Shown in pieces: positions 18,254 through 28,457 of a stretch of DNA of 64,000 bases. The DNA comes from Silvanigrellaceae bacterium (GTDB lineage: Bacteria; Bdellovibrionota_B; Oligoflexia; Silvanigrellales; Silvanigrellaceae). The notes under the pieces were generated by a model. It saw nothing but the letters and a program-made list of their open reading frames with translations, did not search any database and had not been told where the DNA came from. The position numbers and the translations under genes are program-made. The first letter of the stretch is position 1. The number at the start of each line of letters is the position of its first letter. Location of the stretch: assembly GCA_049423385.1 (NCBI GenBank), contig JBMSQQ010000002.1, positions 9,006-73,005 of the forward strand, in the 5' to 3' direction.

Positions 18254-21145
18254 GTGCTTATCAGTTTGAAACTCATCGATCGTCTTTTCCTGCAGCTGCC
18301 GCTTTTGCCCGGAACGAACGCGGAACTTTCTCCGTGCTGGCAGCGCTGGGACGTTGCATCGTTTGCAGAGATTTTCACCCGCCAGGGATTTGAAGTTGAA
18401 TCGCAAACCTTGCGTGGCAAGGGATTCGAAAAAGTAGTGGTTGGCGTCATCAAGTCTGCCGAGCGACACCCCAAAGCAGACAAGCTGCAAGTGTGTCAGG
18501 TCCAGACAGGCCCGAATGATGTTCGCCAAATCGTCTGCGGAGCAGCGAATGCGCGGGCTGGGCTTTACGTTGCAGTTGCTTTGCCGGGAGCTGTGTTGCC
18601 AAACGGACTGGAGATCAAGGTCTCGAAGATCCGCGATGTCGAAAGCAGCGGCATGCTCTGTTCGCGTGAAGAGCTCGGCTTGAATGTGGAAGAAGACCGC
18701 GACGGGAGCGGTATCTGGGAACTTCATTCGGAAGCGTCCTGTGGACTGCCGGAAGCAAAGCTGGCCACTGTTCTTGGCACGCCGGTTTTTCATGCCCTCG
18801 GACTGGATGATGTTCTGTTTGAATTGAACGTCACTCCAAATCGTCCAGACCTTTTGGGACACGAAGGTGCCGCGCGCGAATTGTGCGCCGGCTTGAAATG
18901 GCAAGGAAAGAATTCGGTTGAGCTGAAAGCATGGCCGAGCGAATGGACGGCAAGTGTGTCTGCCGAACAGATCCTGTCTGAAGCTCAGGAACGAACTCAA
19001 TTGGAAACAAAGGCTGGTGCATTTGCAGCACAGAACGAATTGGGTGCGCCCACGTTTTTTGTTGCCCTCGATGACGTCAAGGTGTCTTCAACGCCTGGCT
19101 GGTTGAGAAATAGTCTTGAGGCTTTGGGTCAAAAGAGCATCAATTCCGTGGTGGATGCGGGTAACCTTGTGCTGTTGTGTTTTGCACAGCCAAACCACGC
19201 CTTCGACGTTGCCAAGCTTGCCAAGGGGAAGGATGGTCATCGTCAACTCAGTCTGCGTTTCGCTCGCGAATCCGAAGGCTTTATTGGCCTTGATGGCAAA
19301 GAGCGGACACTCGCGGCGAATGATTGTGTTGTTGCCGATGAATCGCAAGTCCAGGCACTTCTGGGCGTGATTGGTGGAGAGCACTCAAAAGTCTCGACCG
19401 GATCGACAAGTCTTGTGCTTGAATTTGCAAATCCACATCCGGTGTTGGTTCGTCGCACTTCGCGTCGTCATGGACGCAAGACAGACAGCAGTTTTGCCTT
19501 TGAAAAAGGGATCGACGTATTCCGTCGAGCGGAAGCCGCGCAAAAGCTTGTCGGGTTGATCTCCGCGTTGCAGTCCAAGACTGAAGGTTCAGTCAAATAT
19601 GTCGGCTCAGCTGCTGCGCGTGTGAGCAGCAGTATTTCTGCTGCGGCGAGTTCCTTTTTTCCGGATGGAAACAATCTTCTCAAGCATCTCGACGCAGGCA
19701 AGGCACAGCCTTCGAAAAACTTTGAATTGCTGTTCTCTTTGGAAGATCTCGCATTGCGCGTTGGCAATGAACTTGTTGGTTTCGATGAACAGTTGAAAAT
19801 TCTTTCTGCTCTTGGGTTTGTCGTCGAAAAATCTGCAGCAGCTGCAAAAATCACGGTTCCCACCTGGCGCCGGCTTGATGTTGTTGGTGTTGCTGATTTG
19901 GTTGAGGAGATTGTTCGGGTTGTCGGCATTGATCACGTGCCTGCACTACCGATGAATTCAGTCGGACGCGTTGTGCCCGATGATTCACATTTGTCGGCAT
20001 TCGAGACGGTTGCAAACCGCATGGTGAGCCTCGGGTACCACGAAACAGCAGGCTTTCATTTCATGCGCGCGGATGATTGGAAGAAACTCAATCAAGCGAG
20101 CATCAACGCCTGTGGTGAGCCTGTGGCATTGCTCAATCCCATTATCAGGGATGAGCCCTTGATGCAGACGACTCTGTTGAGTGGGTTGCTGCGGAAGGTT
20201 GCGTTCAATCTGAATTATGGCAACAAGCGCGGCCAGTTGTTTGAAGTTTCGCGCACATTCCAAAATACAAACAGCCACGGACAACGCGTCTTCAAGGACA
20301 ATGGTGTGGCGGTTGGTTTGCTCGAAACGTTGGCTGCTGCGAAGCAAGACCAGCTTCTGGAGTATTCTCCGGCTGCAGCATTGACTTTGAGCAAAGAAGC
20401 GACGGCTGGTGAACGCCCCGCAGAAACACCGCGACTCTGTGGAGTTGTTTTTGGCTCTGAAGAGGAAAAAGAATGGTCCAACAGTGGTGATAAGCCATGG
20501 ACCTTGCATCGCATTGCTTCACATGTCGAAGAGGTTCTTCAGACTTTTGGATTGAAACCTGAACTGCAGAAAATACCGCAACAACATCCGTTACGTCCGG
20601 CATTGCATCCGGGTCGCTCGGCACAGGTTGTGGTTCGTCGCGGGCAAGATTCGATTCCATTGGGGTGGGTTGCCCAATTTCACCCTGCCACACTCCGCGC
20701 GTTTGAGATCGAAGGTTTGTGTCTTGGTTTTGAATTGAATCTTGCCAGCGCATTGGCCTTGGGCGCAAGACTTGTGGCGGAAAAGCAAAGCGCGCAGAAG
20801 CCCGCATCAAAGGCAGCAACAAGCAACGTTCGCTTGCCAAGTGTTGAACGCGATTTCGCATTTTTGCTTGATGAATCGGTGAACGCGGAAAAGTTGACCT
20901 CCTGTGTGAAGTTGGCGGTCGAAGCTGATGCTTTGGATGAGCACAAGATTCCAGCGCGATTGCTGGGAGTTCGGATTTTCGACGTCTACCGTGGACAAGG
21001 TGTGCCTGTGGGTCACAAGAGCGTTGCCTTGAGGGTCACCCTGTTGCCAACCGAACGAACTTTGGTTGAAGCCGACATTGCCCTCGTGACGCAATCCGTT
21101 GTGGGTCGGGTCACTCGCGACTGTGGTGCCCAGCTGCGTGGTTGA
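18254..21145 (+). CDS. pheT: Phenylalanine--tRNA ligase beta subunit (enlarged, 963 aa)
   Basis: HPKADKL, QIVCGAAN, SSGMLCS, VTPNRPD, VPTWRRLDV, ADLVEEIVRVVG, FDVYRG...KSVA. Confidence 0.95.
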   Translation: MLISLKLIDRLFLQLPLLPGTNAELSPCWQRWDVASFAEIFTRQGFEVESQTLRGKGFEKVVVGVIKSAERHPKADKLQVCQVQTGPNDVRQIVCGAANARAGLYVAVALPGAVLPNGLEIKVSKIRDVESSGMLCSREELGLNVEEDRDGSGIWELHSEASCGLPEAKLATVLGTPVFHALGLDDVLFELNVTPNRPDLLGHEGAARELCAGLKWQGKNSVELKAWPSEWTASVSAEQILSEAQERTQLETKAGAFAAQNELGAPTFFVALDDVKVSSTPGWLRNSLEALGQKSINSVVDAGNLVLLCFAQPNHAFDVAKLAKGKDGHRQLSLRFARESEGFIGLDGKERTLAANDCVVADESQVQALLGVIGGEHSKVSTGSTSLVLEFANPHPVLVRRTSRRHGRKTDSSFAFEKGIDVFRRAEAAQKLVGLISALQSKTEGSVKYVGSAAARVSSSISAAASSFFPDGNNLLKHLDAGKAQPSKNFELLFSLEDLALRVGNELVGFDEQLKILSALGFVVEKSAAAAKITVPTWRRLDVVGVADLVEEIVRVVGIDHVPALPMNSVGRVVPDDSHLSAFETVANRMVSLGYHETAGFHFMRADDWKKLNQASINACGEPVALLNPIIRDEPLMQTTLLSGLLRKVAFNLNYGNKRGQLFEVSRTFQNTNSHGQRVFKDNGVAVGLLETLAAAKQDQLLEYSPAAALTLSKEATAGERPAETPRLCGVVFGSEEEKEWSNSGDKPWTLHRIASHVEEVLQTFGLKPELQKIPQQHPLRPALHPGRSAQVVVRRGQDSIPLGWVAQFHPATLRAFEIEGLCLGFELNLASALALGARLVAEKQSAQKPASKAATSNVRLPSVERDFAFLLDESVNAEKLTSCVKLAVEADALDEHKIPARLLGVRIFDVYRGQGVPVGHKSVALRVTLLPTERTLVEADIALVTQSVVGRVTRDCGAQLRG

Positions 21146-21230
21146 AGCAGTCGTGCTCAAAAAAGATGTTGACCGTCCGGCTCAGTTGGAAGTATGTCGC
21201 CCGGAAGTTCACCATAGAAGGAGTTTCAGC

Positions 21231-21587
21231 ATGAAGAGAGCTCTTGTACTTGCATCTTTGCTGGCAGCGGGAAGTGCATCCGCGGATTGGGCAGATGCGA
21301 CTGGCGGGTCACCTGCGTATCCCCAAATTTGTATCTTCAACCAGACCCCTTACAGCGTGGACATTTCTGTCAATGGCCAACGGATGTACGTAGGACCGTC
21401 CTACACGACACGCATCCAGAGCTATCAAAACGGTCCTTCTCTTGTTCAGTTGAACACGCGTCAATTGGCAGGCCCATATGCCAACCCGATTTGGGTTCAG
21501 GCTTATGTGAATCCGGCCTACTACGGTTGCACTTCCCAAAACTCACTGAGCATTTTCAGCTACGGTGACGTTCTCGGATTGCGCTGA
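21231..21587 (+). CDS. Small secreted hypothetical protein
   Basis: AAGGAG RBS; signal peptide MKRALVLASLLAAGSASA; two Cys; own terminator. Confidence 0.75.
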   Translation: MKRALVLASLLAAGSASADWADATGGSPAYPQICIFNQTPYSVDISVNGQRMYVGPSYTTRIQSYQNGPSLVQLNTRQLAGPYANPIWVQAYVNPAYYGCTSQNSLSIFSYGDVLGLR

Positions 21588-21610
21588 TTGCATTGGCTGA
21601 GCGAATCAAG

Positions 21611-21637
21611 TCCGTCCGAAAGGGCGGATTTTTTTTT
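21611..21637 (+). terminator. Intrinsic terminator
   Basis: TCCGTCC-GAAA-GGGCGGA followed by T9. Confidence 0.88.
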
Positions 21638-21695
21638 GCCGTGAACGACAATCTTTAGCTTAATGATGCAAAATGTCAGCGGAAAGTATTTAAGC

Positions 21696-21723
21696 TCAAG
21701 CGGGCGGAAGACACTTCCGAAAC
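21696..21723 (+). promoter_or_regulatory. Sigma28-like promoter TCAA-N16-TCCGAAAC
   Basis: Weaker match with a 16-nt spacer, 20 nt upstream of ATG 21744. Confidence 0.4.
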
Positions 21724-21743
21724 GTCCTCAGAAGGGGAACACG

Positions 21744-22592
21744 ATGAAGTTTGCGATGAGTCTCATAGCAATCTTTTTGGTGGCAGGCTGCAGCACCGGC
21801 GACTTTGGCAGCAGCACATCGTCTGGTCGCAAAAAATCCCAGACATCCCAGAGCCCCGGGAATTCAAGCAATGCGAATGGCAACCAGGCGGCAGACTCAG
21901 CAGCCAACGTGTCAAAAGACAACAACGGTGGCAGTCGCGAGGTGACTGAAAATGAAAGTCCAGTCGCGCCGGTGCCAGTATTGGGAAGTTATCTTGTAGC
22001 GATGGCAGTCGATTTGCAGGGCAATCCAGTGTCCAACGCCGCTGTGAATCTTGATGAAGACGCTGGTTCGACGTCGGAGACGGGATATTCCGACGCGAAA
22101 GGTCTGGTGAAATTGAAATTCGCGGATGCAAACAAAATTTCCCGTATTCGGCTCAAACGGGCGGGTGCATCAACTTCAACGAGCGTGTTGACACTGACAT
22201 CAGAAGATAAAAAGGCTTTGTTGGAAACTGTCCTGCTTGAATCTGACAATGTCCCTGTCCCGCCAAAACTTTTGCAAATCAAGTCGGATGGTAGCGGTGG
22301 CTCGGTGTTGATTGCGAGCATCGTGAATCCGCAAACCGACACCACGCCTCCAAGTGTTTCTGGTGTGAACACGGCACCTGACGGTGCCGGTGGAAAACTT
22401 GTCACCATCAATGCCTCTGACGCGCAAACCGGCTTGCACGACCAGGCTTATTCGTTCGATTCTGGCGTGACTTGGTCTGCTTCGAATCAAAAGAGTTTTC
22501 CGACAGGAACCGTTCTGCAAAGTGGAACAATGCGTGTTCGCGACCGGGCTGGAAATGTTTCAATTGTAAACAATTTCAATCTCGGGCTTTGA
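21744..22592 (+). CDS. Lipoprotein with carboxypeptidase-regulatory-like domain and C-terminal Ig-like module
   Basis: Lipobox LVAGC; VDLQGNPVSNAAV...SDAKG; DTTPPSV...ASDAQTGL...YSFDSG...VRDRAGNVS. Confidence 0.75.
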   Translation: MKFAMSLIAIFLVAGCSTGDFGSSTSSGRKKSQTSQSPGNSSNANGNQAADSAANVSKDNNGGSREVTENESPVAPVPVLGSYLVAMAVDLQGNPVSNAAVNLDEDAGSTSETGYSDAKGLVKLKFADANKISRIRLKRAGASTSTSVLTLTSEDKKALLETVLLESDNVPVPPKLLQIKSDGSGGSVLIASIVNPQTDTTPPSVSGVNTAPDGAGGKLVTINASDAQTGLHDQAYSFDSGVTWSASNQKSFPTGTVLQSGTMRVRDRAGNVSIVNNFNLGL

Positions 22593-22634
22593 CACTGGTC
22601 GTCCAATCTTAACATGCCATCAAATCAACTTGAT

Positions 22635-23624
22635 TTACAGCGCAAGTTTTCCATCGGCCAGATCGCAAACATATGACCTCGGAAGGTGTTTCCAAAATCC
22701 ACTCGCGATGTCACGGAAGGATGTTTGTGTCAGCCAGCGATGACGAGCAGCTGTAGGCGCAGGTTCATAATCAGCATTGTTGGCAAATCGTCTCAACAAG
22801 GGAAGTAATGTTCCATAACGGTCCGCAATCTGATTCAAGGTTCCGCGCTCGTCATCCTCGAACGGGAGCAGTGGAATGGGGTCGTTGGGCTGAATCACCA
22901 CCTGCAGTCGGTTGGCCAGCAATTTTCTCGCTGCATCCGTGAATGTGTGTTCTCCAATTTTGGGTGCACCAAAAGTCCAGATGGAATGTATTTTTTTTCC
23001 ACTTCTTTCGAGGTCGACCGCGCTGAGAAATGCCACGGCTCCGCCCAGACTGTGCCCGGCAAGAATCAACGGTTTGCGTTTTGATTCTGCCAACAGGGCG
23101 GCTTCAAGCGAATAATCTCTGACCGATTGTGCAGCTGAAAAGAATCCACCGTGCACGCGTCCAGGAGTGGCCCAAGTCGAAGGAGCCCTCTCCAATCGAA
23201 CATCAACGTCCGTGATCAAATCCGATGGTTCCTGGGTGCCGCGGTAAACCAGCAGAACAAACTGATCGTGCTCTGCCCAAAAGCCATTTGTGCTGGTTTC
23301 GTTGTTGTCGAACAGTCGATGGGATACAAAGCCCCATTCCTTGAGAATCCGTTCGCGCCGCCCCGGCCAAAAGCGGTAGGCCAAATGACTTGCAGCCATC
23401 AGCAGGTAAGCATTTCCTTGGCTCTTCGTTCTTTCGAGTTCGAATTGCACCGGAGATTTTGGAGTTCCACATGGCAGATCGTCTTTCGAGATGTTGCTCG
23501 AAGTCCAGAGTGAAGGGATGGGTGGATTGCCTTTTGCTTTTTTCGAGGGGGTATTGGCTTTGCCGGCCGTAGTGAATGCCAGTGCAGTCAACAGGAAAGC
23601 AAACACAACCAGAAAAATTTTCAT
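22635..23624 (-). CDS. Secreted class 3 lipase
   Basis: Signal peptide; YRGTQ, VHGGF, GHSLGG nucleophile elbow, TFGAPKIG, NDPIP. Confidence 0.9.
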   Translation of the reverse strand: MKIFLVVFAFLLTALAFTTAGKANTPSKKAKGNPPIPSLWTSSNISKDDLPCGTPKSPVQFELERTKSQGNAYLLMAASHLAYRFWPGRRERILKEWGFVSHRLFDNNETSTNGFWAEHDQFVLLVYRGTQEPSDLITDVDVRLERAPSTWATPGRVHGGFFSAAQSVRDYSLEAALLAESKRKPLILAGHSLGGAVAFLSAVDLERSGKKIHSIWTFGAPKIGEHTFTDAARKLLANRLQVVIQPNDPIPLLPFEDDERGTLNQIADRYGTLLPLLRRFANNADYEPAPTAARHRWLTQTSFRDIASGFWKHLPRSYVCDLADGKLAL

Positions 23625-23889
23625 TTGAGGCGGTCTCCCATTTTCAGCGAAACGCGCGCGGGAAATAGGACAGGTTGGCTCTGGAATGCCCTCGAAAAGG
23701 ACCTGCTCCCGACACCATAAAAGAATAGATTGCGGGCAAGGTCAAATGATGTTTTAGCCCAACCGGCTGCCAGTGGTATCGGACTGCTTGATTATTTCCA
23801 TAATGGAAATATCTTGTATTTTCTGTGTCTTGGGATTGGGTTTCAATCTCTGGGCCTCTCGTTGAATGGCACGCTTTGGGAGGGTGAAC

Positions 23890-24933
23890 ATGAATCCTGT
23901 GATGTTTTCGTCGCGGGTATTGTTGGGAGCAACGTCGTTGCTGTGCACGGTTTCCGCCTGCAGCAGAGAGATGAACGTGGACGCGACTCCCCAATGGCTG
24001 GCTTCGCCGGGAATGACTGATTCAGAAATTCAAAAAGCCCTGAGTGCAACGATCGCGCTGCGCGTCAACCTGACCTCGAACAGGGCAACGCTGTATAAAA
24101 AGGGCGAGGCACTTCAGCAGTGGAACATAGCATCTGCAGACGTGACGGGGCGATATCACAACGGCCAACCGAAGTTCACGCCGGAAGGAATCTATGGCGT
24201 GGAAGACTTTGAACATTGTCCTGTGTGGCGGCCCATTGATCCCGTGAATCCTGCAACAGGCAGGGTCGCGCAGAGCGAAGATGAACGCTGGCATATCTTC
24301 AACACATATCCCGATGTCTATGGGGCTTGTGGTGAAAGAAATCCCTTGGGACGATACGTTATTTGGTTTCAGGGTCCGTTTGGGATGCATGGCAACTCTG
24401 CGGAAGATATTTTGCGCTTGCGGGATCCGGATGACAGGCGAGTTTCGGGCGGTTGTCTGCGGAACCCGAATGCAAAAATCAAGGAGATTTTTCATCTCGC
24501 ATTGGCAACGTACACAGAGATTTCCGATTACAAGGCGCGAGTGATAGCGATGGAGAACAATCCCAACAAGTCCACGGTGTCGAAAACTGTGCGAAATCTG
24601 GACATGCGGATTGTGGTTGGAAGTTGGAACAGTGATCCCCGGGTGAGCAATCCGCATGGTGGAGGTTCTTTGCCTCCTGCGCCGGTATCCACGCCAACTC
24701 CGATTCCTGAACCCATCGGACCAGCGATGATTTGTAAAGCAGTTGCAATCGACCCTGCGCGTGGCATTGCGCCCGTGCACATCACGTTGCCCGCGACCAG
24801 TGAAAACGTGTCGGCCTGGTATCGATTGAATGATCCGGTACGGGTGCAGGGACGAATTCCCGGGACGACGTTTTATCGCACCGGTCGAGGCTACATCGAC
24901 AAAAAGTTCATTGGAAATTGTTCCGAACTCTGA
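23890..24933 (+). CDS. L,D-transpeptidase (YkuD-like) lipoprotein
   Basis: Lipobox VSAC; TPEGIY, NPLG, GMHGN...VSGGCLR catalytic His/Cys; Pro-rich linker and small C-terminal domain. Confidence 0.85.
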   Translation: MNPVMFSSRVLLGATSLLCTVSACSREMNVDATPQWLASPGMTDSEIQKALSATIALRVNLTSNRATLYKKGEALQQWNIASADVTGRYHNGQPKFTPEGIYGVEDFEHCPVWRPIDPVNPATGRVAQSEDERWHIFNTYPDVYGACGERNPLGRYVIWFQGPFGMHGNSAEDILRLRDPDDRRVSGGCLRNPNAKIKEIFHLALATYTEISDYKARVIAMENNPNKSTVSKTVRNLDMRIVVGSWNSDPRVSNPHGGGSLPPAPVSTPTPIPEPIGPAMICKAVAIDPARGIAPVHITLPATSENVSAWYRLNDPVRVQGRIPGTTFYRTGRGYIDKKFIGNCSEL

Positions 24934-25028
24934 TCTTGACCTCGGAATTGGATCGCCTCATCACCGCCAATGCGTTGGAGAGGGACAACTTCCGCATTGG
25001 TCGGTGATGTGATCACAAATTCAAAATC

Positions 25029-25781
25029 TTATTGCTTCGAAGCAAAGATCGCTTCCATTTCCTTGCGGATGAGCGCCATTTTTTCTGAACGGACTTCCGC
25101 AGGGATTTGATAAGGGTTGCGGAAGTAGCTTGTTTCATCCAATTCGCTGCGCACGAATTTGGTTTGGTATGTCACGTTGGCAGGGTTGTTGTCGTCGGCA
25201 GTCGAATACTGCTTGAGGATGTTTGGCGAGATGAAATCACGGATCGAACTGATGTCATGATCCATGTACAGCTTGCCGCCGTCCTTGCTGCGGGTGAATC
25301 CGCGCACAACGTAGTCGCAAACAACCACGTCGCTTTCAAATGCCTTGAACATGAAGTCGAGCGCGTAAAGCGGGCTGATGCTGCCGCAGGTTGCAATGTC
25401 GATGTCGACACGGAACGAGCAGATACCCTGCGGGTCGAGGCTGTCGGGATAGGTGTGCGCACAGATGTGGCTTTTGTCGAGATGGATGTTGACGGTGCTC
25501 TGGGCCATCAGGTTGGCGTGCTCGCCCGCCTTGGCATCGCTCATGAGCAGGACCACGCTGGCTCCCCAAGGGTCAAAATCTTTGCTGGAAACATTCAGCA
25601 CGGTCGCGTCCATGATTTCGGCGATGCGAATCAGCATGGCTTCAATTTGTTTAGCACTGTAGCGTTCGTCAATGTATCGGATATAAGATGCACGTTCTTC
25701 TTCATTTGTGGCCACTGCAAAATCGTACAGGTTGAAGCTCAGGGCTTTTGTCAGGTTGTTGAAGCCGAGGATTTGAGACAT
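25029..25781 (-). CDS. speD: S-adenosylmethionine decarboxylase proenzyme (E. coli type)
   Basis: GFNNLTKALSFNLYD, HLDKSHICAHTYP self-cleavage motif, DIATCGSISPL, DYVVRGFTR. Confidence 0.93.
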   Translation of the reverse strand: MSQILGFNNLTKALSFNLYDFAVATNEEERASYIRYIDERYSAKQIEAMLIRIAEIMDATVLNVSSKDFDPWGASVVLLMSDAKAGEHANLMAQSTVNIHLDKSHICAHTYPDSLDPQGICSFRVDIDIATCGSISPLYALDFMFKAFESDVVVCDYVVRGFTRSKDGGKLYMDHDISSIRDFISPNILKQYSTADDNNPANVTYQTKFVRSELDETSYFRNPYQIPAEVRSEKMALIRKEMEAIFASKQ

Positions 25782-25933
25782 CGCATTGATTCCACATGAA
25801 AAATTGTTGAGTTCCGACACACGCGGGCATATCGCCCGAACGGGGTGTGCTACATCAGGAGACTGTTGGGTTCAACAGGTTTGTGCTACCTTTGGGGATG
25901 CTTCCGCAGTCAATATCAAAGGACGAAACAACG

Positions 25934-27364
25934 ATGGACGTTAAGTCTGGCCTATTTCTTGTCCTGACCGACGATGCCGAACTGGTTTCAACGCTGGTTC
26001 ATCTTCAGCCTCGCGGCATGCATGTGCGGGTCTGGTGTCCTGCCAAAGCCTCAACCTTGCAGGACGAGCTTATCGAGGCCTGTGAGGCCATCGGGGGCGG
26101 CGATCTGATTGCCAAGGGCGAACTTGGCAAAACCAACTTTTACAAGCAGTGGGACGAATACGATCCGATCTGTGTGGTTCTGGCCTTTCGCGATGCGGAC
26201 GAACACCGCATGGCCCGCCGGCACATTCTCGATGACCTGCCAGAGGCCATCATTTTGTCCCTGAAGCACGGTCATCCCGAGGAAAGTCCGCGCCAGCTTG
26301 CAGGCGGACGCGAACTCATTCTGACCTGGGCGGAACTCCTGAGCCGGCCCGTGGGAGCCGAACTGAGGCACATTCAGACGACCCACCTCGTGAAAGAGGT
26401 TCGCCAGGTTCTGGGCGAGGGCGACAGGATTGCCTTGCTGGTTCAGCCTGATCCCGACCCGGACGGCTTGGCATCGGCACTGGCTCTGCGGACGATTTTG
26501 GGCAGAAACAAGGTTTCGACCCCGATTGTGAGTTTTGGCAAGGTCACCCGACCCGAAAATCTCGCCATGATGCGCTTGTTGGATATCGAAGTTGTTCGCG
26601 TGACTCCAAAAGAACTTGCTGAATTTGATCGGGTGGCAATGCTCGACACGCAGCCGTCCCACTTCGGATTCCCCCTCGAGCGGGTGGATGCCGTGATCGA
26701 CCACCACCCGACATCCAATGGCAATCCCTATCCGCACATTCCATTTGTGGATATTCGCCACCAATATGGCGCAACCTCCACAATTCTCACGGAGTATTTG
26801 CGTGCAGCGGCCTGTTCGATTGGGCAGAGACTTGCAACTGCATTGTTATATGGCATAAAGGCGGATACGCTCCTGCTAAACCGAGAAGTGATTGATGCCG
26901 ACCTCGACGCTTTTGTGTCGCTGTACCCGAGCATCAACTACAACCTTCTCAGGCGCATCGAAAAGCCTGAGTTGCCGATGAAGTTTGCACCCGTGCTTGC
27001 GGATGCACTGCGTCAGATGGTCTGTGAATCGGGAGTGGTTGTGAGCTGCCTTGGACAGGTGGAGCGCGAGGATTTGATTCCCCAGGTTGCCGACTTTCTT
27101 CTTCAGTTTGAAGACGTGGAGTGGGTTGTTTGCGCGGGCTTGTTTGATGGCAATGTGGTTATGAGCGTTCGCAATGTGGGCTATGTGAAGAACGCGGGTG
27201 ATGTGGTCAAGCGGGTGATCAACGGTTGGGGACTCGGTGGAGGCCACAGAACGATGGCCAAGGCGATTTTTCCCCAGGCGGAATGGAAAAACCGCTATGG
27301 CAGTTTGTCCGTGACAGCCGTTCGCGACGTTGTGTTGAGTTTGTTTCTTCAGGAGGCGGTGTGA
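25934..27364 (+). CDS. DHH/DHHA1 family phosphoesterase with extra N-terminal domain
   Basis: PDPDGLAS, LDTQ, IDHHP, GATSTIL, SVR, GGGH motifs. Confidence 0.88.
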   Translation: MDVKSGLFLVLTDDAELVSTLVHLQPRGMHVRVWCPAKASTLQDELIEACEAIGGGDLIAKGELGKTNFYKQWDEYDPICVVLAFRDADEHRMARRHILDDLPEAIILSLKHGHPEESPRQLAGGRELILTWAELLSRPVGAELRHIQTTHLVKEVRQVLGEGDRIALLVQPDPDPDGLASALALRTILGRNKVSTPIVSFGKVTRPENLAMMRLLDIEVVRVTPKELAEFDRVAMLDTQPSHFGFPLERVDAVIDHHPTSNGNPYPHIPFVDIRHQYGATSTILTEYLRAAACSIGQRLATALLYGIKADTLLLNREVIDADLDAFVSLYPSINYNLLRRIEKPELPMKFAPVLADALRQMVCESGVVVSCLGQVEREDLIPQVADFLLQFEDVEWVVCAGLFDGNVVMSVRNVGYVKNAGDVVKRVINGWGLGGGHRTMAKAIFPQAEWKNRYGSLSVTAVRDVVLSLFLQEAV

Positions 27365-28305
27365 TGTATCCGACGGACAGAGACTTTTCCAAAGACAAGT
27401 CAAAGCCATCGTTGCCCAAGTCATCACCATTAAGAAGACGCCTGACTTCGCGCTTGCAGCCACTGCACGGCGGCATGGGGTTTGGTTCCAATGCGATTCG
27501 TGAGCGAGCCATGGTTGTGGCGCGTCAGGCAACCCAGAAAAGAGCTCAGGCTGGCCAAACTTTTCAGCCAACCGGCGACAAGCATCTCATGGGCCCTCAA
27601 GGTGAAGGTTTGCAGTTCACCGAGGAAATCACGGTTGTCCGCGGGGTGGAAAGGTTACCGGAACTCACTGAAATCGATCTTCCCGAGAAGTTCGCATTTC
27701 GGCGCGAATCCATGAACGACAAGATTCGACTTTCAGCCGCGGCGCAGGTGGAAAAGCAGGCGAGATTGGTGGCTGAACAAGCTATCGCAAAAGCTGCACC
27801 CGTGCCTTCGATCAAATCATTCATTTCTGCCACCCGAAGAGTCCAGCCACCCAGCCTGCTGCAAAGTCTACTGGCCTGGTTTTTCGATTCGCTGGTTGTG
27901 GTTTCGTGTCTGGTTGTCGGCTTCACAGTTTCGGCAAGCGTTCCATTTGTGGGCTTGCTCGCGCACAAATTCCCGACACTCATCAAGGTTCCCGTCCCCG
28001 GCTCGGTTCAATTCGGATCGCTGGGATGGATGATGTTGATGATGCAGACTTTGGCCGTTGCTTCCACATTGCTGTTTTTTGTCCAGACGATTGCTGGTGT
28101 TTTTCTGTCTGCATCGATTGGTCGTGCCATTGCGAATGTGCAGATTGCTTCGAGTCGCTCGGCTTTGGGCCGTGGCCTCAAGATTGGCTTTGGTGAATTG
28201 TTGCAATGGCCGTTCGCTTTCGGGCTTTTGAACGCAATTGTGTCGCCGGAACATAATTTTATACTGCGCTCCGTCCGCTGGGCGCGCGGCGGCACACAGG
28301 ACTGA
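27364..28305 (+). CDS. RDD-family-like membrane protein with N-terminal cytoplasmic region
   Basis: LLAWFFDSLVV, several TM helices, ASIGRAIANVQI; start overlaps the DHH stop. Confidence 0.55.
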   Translation: MYPTDRDFSKDKSKPSLPKSSPLRRRLTSRLQPLHGGMGFGSNAIRERAMVVARQATQKRAQAGQTFQPTGDKHLMGPQGEGLQFTEEITVVRGVERLPELTEIDLPEKFAFRRESMNDKIRLSAAAQVEKQARLVAEQAIAKAAPVPSIKSFISATRRVQPPSLLQSLLAWFFDSLVVVSCLVVGFTVSASVPFVGLLAHKFPTLIKVPVPGSVQFGSLGWMMLMMQTLAVASTLLFFVQTIAGVFLSASIGRAIANVQIASSRSALGRGLKIGFGELLQWPFAFGLLNAIVSPEHNFILRSVRWARGGTQD

Positions 28306-28457
28306 TCCGCTTTTGTAGCTAATATCTCTGTAAATTGATATCCTCCGCGCCTGTGTCGGCTTGTACTCTGTCGGGCCTGTGCTATTCAGGGGCCGCAGAT
28401 GGCTTCTCATTATTTTTGTTGACTCAATTGGTATTCAATTCATCAAAGGGGTTGTTT

